A program made the position numbers and the translations under genes. The notes under the pieces were generated by a model, which was not told where the DNA came from, did no database searches, and was given only the letters and a program-made list of their open reading frames with translations. Shown here piece after piece: positions 61,701 through 64,000 of a stretch of 64,000 bases of DNA. Source of the stretch: an uncultured Gemmatimonadales bacterium (lineage in GTDB: Bacteria > Gemmatimonadota > Gemmatimonadetes > Longimicrobiales > Gaopeijiaceae); NCBI GenBank assembly GCA_963823035.1, contig CAWGKG010000017.1:128001-192000 (forward strand). Reading direction: 5' to 3'. The number at the start of each line of letters is the position of its first letter. The first letter of the stretch is position 1.

Positions 61701-63182
61701 CTACAGCCCGCGCCGCGCCCGACTCCGGTAGAACGTCGCGCGCCCTGCGATGGCCGCCCCACCGGCCGCGGCGAGCGCCGCGGCGAGTGCGCCCACGCCG
61801 CCCCACCCCGCGAGCCCCGTCACGGAGAGCGCCAGCGCGATGACCAGAAGCGCGGGACGCAGGGCGCCCGCTCGTGACGCGTCCGCCCGCACCTGGTTGA
61901 GTCCGGCGTCCACCTCCGCGAACGCGCGGCGACGCACGGACCGCCACGCGGGCTCGAGCGCCAGCTCCATCGCCAGGCACGCCGCCGCCAGGAGGACGAG
62001 GCCACGCGGTGTGCTCCCAGCGCCCGTAGCGGAGCCGACGGCCAACCCGGCGGCCAGTCCTCCGAGCGACCCCGAGGTCAGGAAGAAGGCCGCCGTCGTG
62101 AGGGGCGTGTCCCACGCCGGCACGGTCCGGATCCGATAGACGCGCGACATCGCGTAGACCAGACCGACGCCCGTGACGGCCGCGAATGCCGTGAGCGCGG
62201 AGACGACCCCGGGGGAGGCCTCCGCACCGCCACCGACGCCGAACGACCGGGTCGCTACCACGGCGCCCCACCCGCCGACGAAGAGCGCCAGGAACAGGAT
62301 CTCCCGGCTCAACCAGGAGGTCTCCAGGTTCGCCAACGAGCGCCACGCGTTCCGAGGTGAGCCCAGATGGAGGAGAGAGACCGACGCCGCCGCCACGGCC
62401 AGCAGACCGACCACGAGCAGGGCGGCCACGGACGGACCGCGCGGAGCGCTCGCGGCGCCGGGAATCCACCCCACACCCGCCAGAGCACAGAACATCCCCA
62501 CGGCGGCTTGGGCGAGGAGCGAAAAGGCCACGAGGGACCGCTCGCCCATCCCGGGCCGCTCCTCGCCCCGCACCTCCTCCCGATTCGCGACCCGCGCGCC
62601 ACCTTCCGCCGCACGGGCGGCCGCCGGGTGCGGCGCCAACGACGACGCGGGCCGCGTCAGCGTGGGATCCGGGAGCGGGTACATCGCCGGACTCGCCCCG
62701 TGGCGCGCCTCCAGCTCCACCCTGTCGCCGAAATCCAGCACCCGCTGGGGGCACGCCGTCACGCACGCGGGCGCACCACCCCGGTCGAGCTCGTCAACGC
62801 AGAACGTGCACTTGCCCATGCGCCCACGCATCGGGTCGTACTGCGGCGCGCCGTAGGGACAGGCCCACTCGCAGTAGCGGCACCCCAGGCAACGATCCGG
62901 GTCCAGCAACACCAGCCCGTCGGGGCGTCGTGTGATGGCGCTCGCCGGGCACACCTCCATGCAGATCGGCCGCTCGCAGTGGTTGCATGCGACGGAGACG
63001 TTGTAGGCGAAGACGTCGTTGAGCCACGCTCCGTCGCGCCGCGTCCAGCCGCCACCCGCCACCTCGTAGACACGCCGCCAGCGCACGCCCACCGGGAGGT
63101 CGTGCTTGTCCTTGCAGGCGACCTGGCACGCCTTGCACCCCGAGCAGGCGGAGGCGTCGAACCAGAAGGCGTTCGCGCTCAC
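61701..63182 (-). CDS. Fused DmsB (4x[4Fe-4S]) and DmsC membrane anchor of a DMSO-reductase-family enzyme
   Basis: CSGCKACQVAC, CNHCERPIC..CP, CLGCRYC..ACP and KCTFC..PAC..ACP, then in frame ERSLVAFSLLAQ, SLLHLGSP..W, SWLSREI and about 8 TM helices. GTGA overlap with dmsA. Confidence 0.88.
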   Translation of the reverse strand: MSANAFWFDASACSGCKACQVACKDKHDLPVGVRWRRVYEVAGGGWTRRDGAWLNDVFAYNVSVACNHCERPICMEVCPASAITRRPDGLVLLDPDRCLGCRYCEWACPYGAPQYDPMRGRMGKCTFCVDELDRGGAPACVTACPQRVLDFGDRVELEARHGASPAMYPLPDPTLTRPASSLAPHPAAARAAEGGARVANREEVRGEERPGMGERSLVAFSLLAQAAVGMFCALAGVGWIPGAASAPRGPSVAALLVVGLLAVAAASVSLLHLGSPRNAWRSLANLETSWLSREILFLALFVGGWGAVVATRSFGVGGGAEASPGVVSALTAFAAVTGVGLVYAMSRVYRIRTVPAWDTPLTTAAFFLTSGSLGGLAAGLAVGSATGAGSTPRGLVLLAAACLAMELALEPAWRSVRRRAFAEVDAGLNQVRADASRAGALRPALLVIALALSVTGLAGWGGVGALAAALAAAGGAAIAGRATFYRSRARRGL

Positions 63183-64000
63183 GCCCGCCACCGCTCCACC
63201 TCCACCATCGCCGTATGCTGCGCGGTGGCGTGGGCGAGCCGCGTCCACCGCTCGGAGGTCAGCACGTTGATGGCGCCGCGCCGGTCCACGCCGTCCGCAT
63301 CGGGCGACCACCAGGCGCCCTGCGGGATGTCCACCACGCCGGGCATGATCCGGGGCGTGACCCGGCAGGGCAGGACCATCTCGCCGCGGTCGTTCCATAC
63401 GCGCACCGGGTCGCCGTCGCCGATGCCACGCTCGCGCGCGTCCACCTCGTTGAGGAAGACCCGGTGGGGAAAGGCCTCTTCCAGCCAGTCGTTGTTGTCG
63501 TGCGTCGAGTGGACCCGGGCCATCGAGTGGTGTCCCATGGCCTGGAGCGGATAGCGCTCGGCGTCGGAGCCGAACGGGCTTTCCCACTCCTCGAGGTACT
63601 GCGGCACCGCCGGGATCCAGGGGTCGTCCATGTCGTGGAGCGCCTTCGAGAAGATCTCGATCTTCCCCGAAGGCGTCGGCAGGGGGTGCGCCACCGGGTC
63701 CGCCCGGAAGTCGGCGAGCGCCACGGCCGGCTCCGTCACGGGGCGGGAATGGACGCCCTGGTTGGACGCCTCCATCTCGTCGAGGGTCGGGAGATCCGGG
63801 AACCGCGTCTCCCGGAACCGATCCAGCGCCCACGCCACCCACCCGCGCTCGTCCCGCCCTTCCGTGTACGCTTCGGCGATGCCCAGCCGCTCGGCCACGT
63901 CGGCGCAGATCCGATAGTCGGTCCGGCACTCGCCCGGCGGCTCGACCAGGGGAGGCATGAGCAGCACCTCGTCCCCGTACTTCCACCCGTCCTCGACGCC
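63179..64000 (-). CDS. dmsA: DmsA/YnfE-like molybdopterin oxidoreductase catalytic subunit, C-terminal part (runs off the window)
   Basis: VEPPGECRTDY, FRADP..PLPTPSGKIEIFS, RVHSTH, VWNDRG, IMPGVVDIPQGAWW and GAINVLT. Confidence 0.88.
   Translation of the reverse strand, partial: GVEDGWKYGDEVLLMPPLVEPPGECRTDYRICADVAERLGIAEAYTEGRDERGWVAWALDRFRETRFPDLPTLDEMEASNQGVHSRPVTEPAVALADFRADPVAHPLPTPSGKIEIFSKALHDMDDPWIPAVPQYLEEWESPFGSDAERYPLQAMGHHSMARVHSTHDNNDWLEEAFPHRVFLNEVDARERGIGDGDPVRVWNDRGEMVLPCRVTPRIMPGVVDIPQGAWWSPDADGVDRRGAINVLTSERWTRLAHATAQHTAMVEVERWRA

Noticed and set aside
1..64000. CRISPR arrays, tRNA/rRNA, transposases, integrases, prophage or defence genes
   Set aside because: None recognised by eye. 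The repeats seen are protein-level (TPR, BNR, LVIVD). Small ncRNAs or riboswitches cannot be excluded without an Infernal/Rfam scan.

Overview
High-GC bacterial DNA. The SusC/SusD pairs, kinase-TPR protein, PadR/permease-prefix pair and DUF305-LVIVD pair suggest Gemmatimonadota (inferred, not shown). About 44 protein-coding genes are recognisable. I saw no rRNA, tRNA, CRISPR array or IS element. Many genes in the first 41 kb carry single-base frameshifts that look like long-read indel errors, while genes beyond 42 kb are intact. Blocks in order: (1) 1-12.8 kb starch/maltodextrin utilisation locus (ROK regulator, SusC, SusD, GH97, glucokinase, two GH13 amylases); (2) 12.9-24.6 kb mixed accessory genes; (3) 24.8-42.1 kb an 11-gene catabolic locus with a shared tandem TGTAT-type motif in all five promoter regions; (4) 42-50.5 kb a minus-strand run including an M61 peptidase-NPCBM-Ig-GH27 fusion; (5) 50.6-64 kb VPS10-like hydrolase, amidohydrolase, mprF/acvB, DUF305-LVIVD and a DmsA plus DmsB-DmsC fusion. 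Best candidate for a new system: the enzyme families in block 3 match, step by step, a coenzyme A/pantetheine/pantothenate (vitamin B5) scavenging and degradation pathway, including steps whose genes I do not know to have been assigned. This is a gene-context inference, not a demonstrated function. All family calls come from motif recognition by eye, without database searches.
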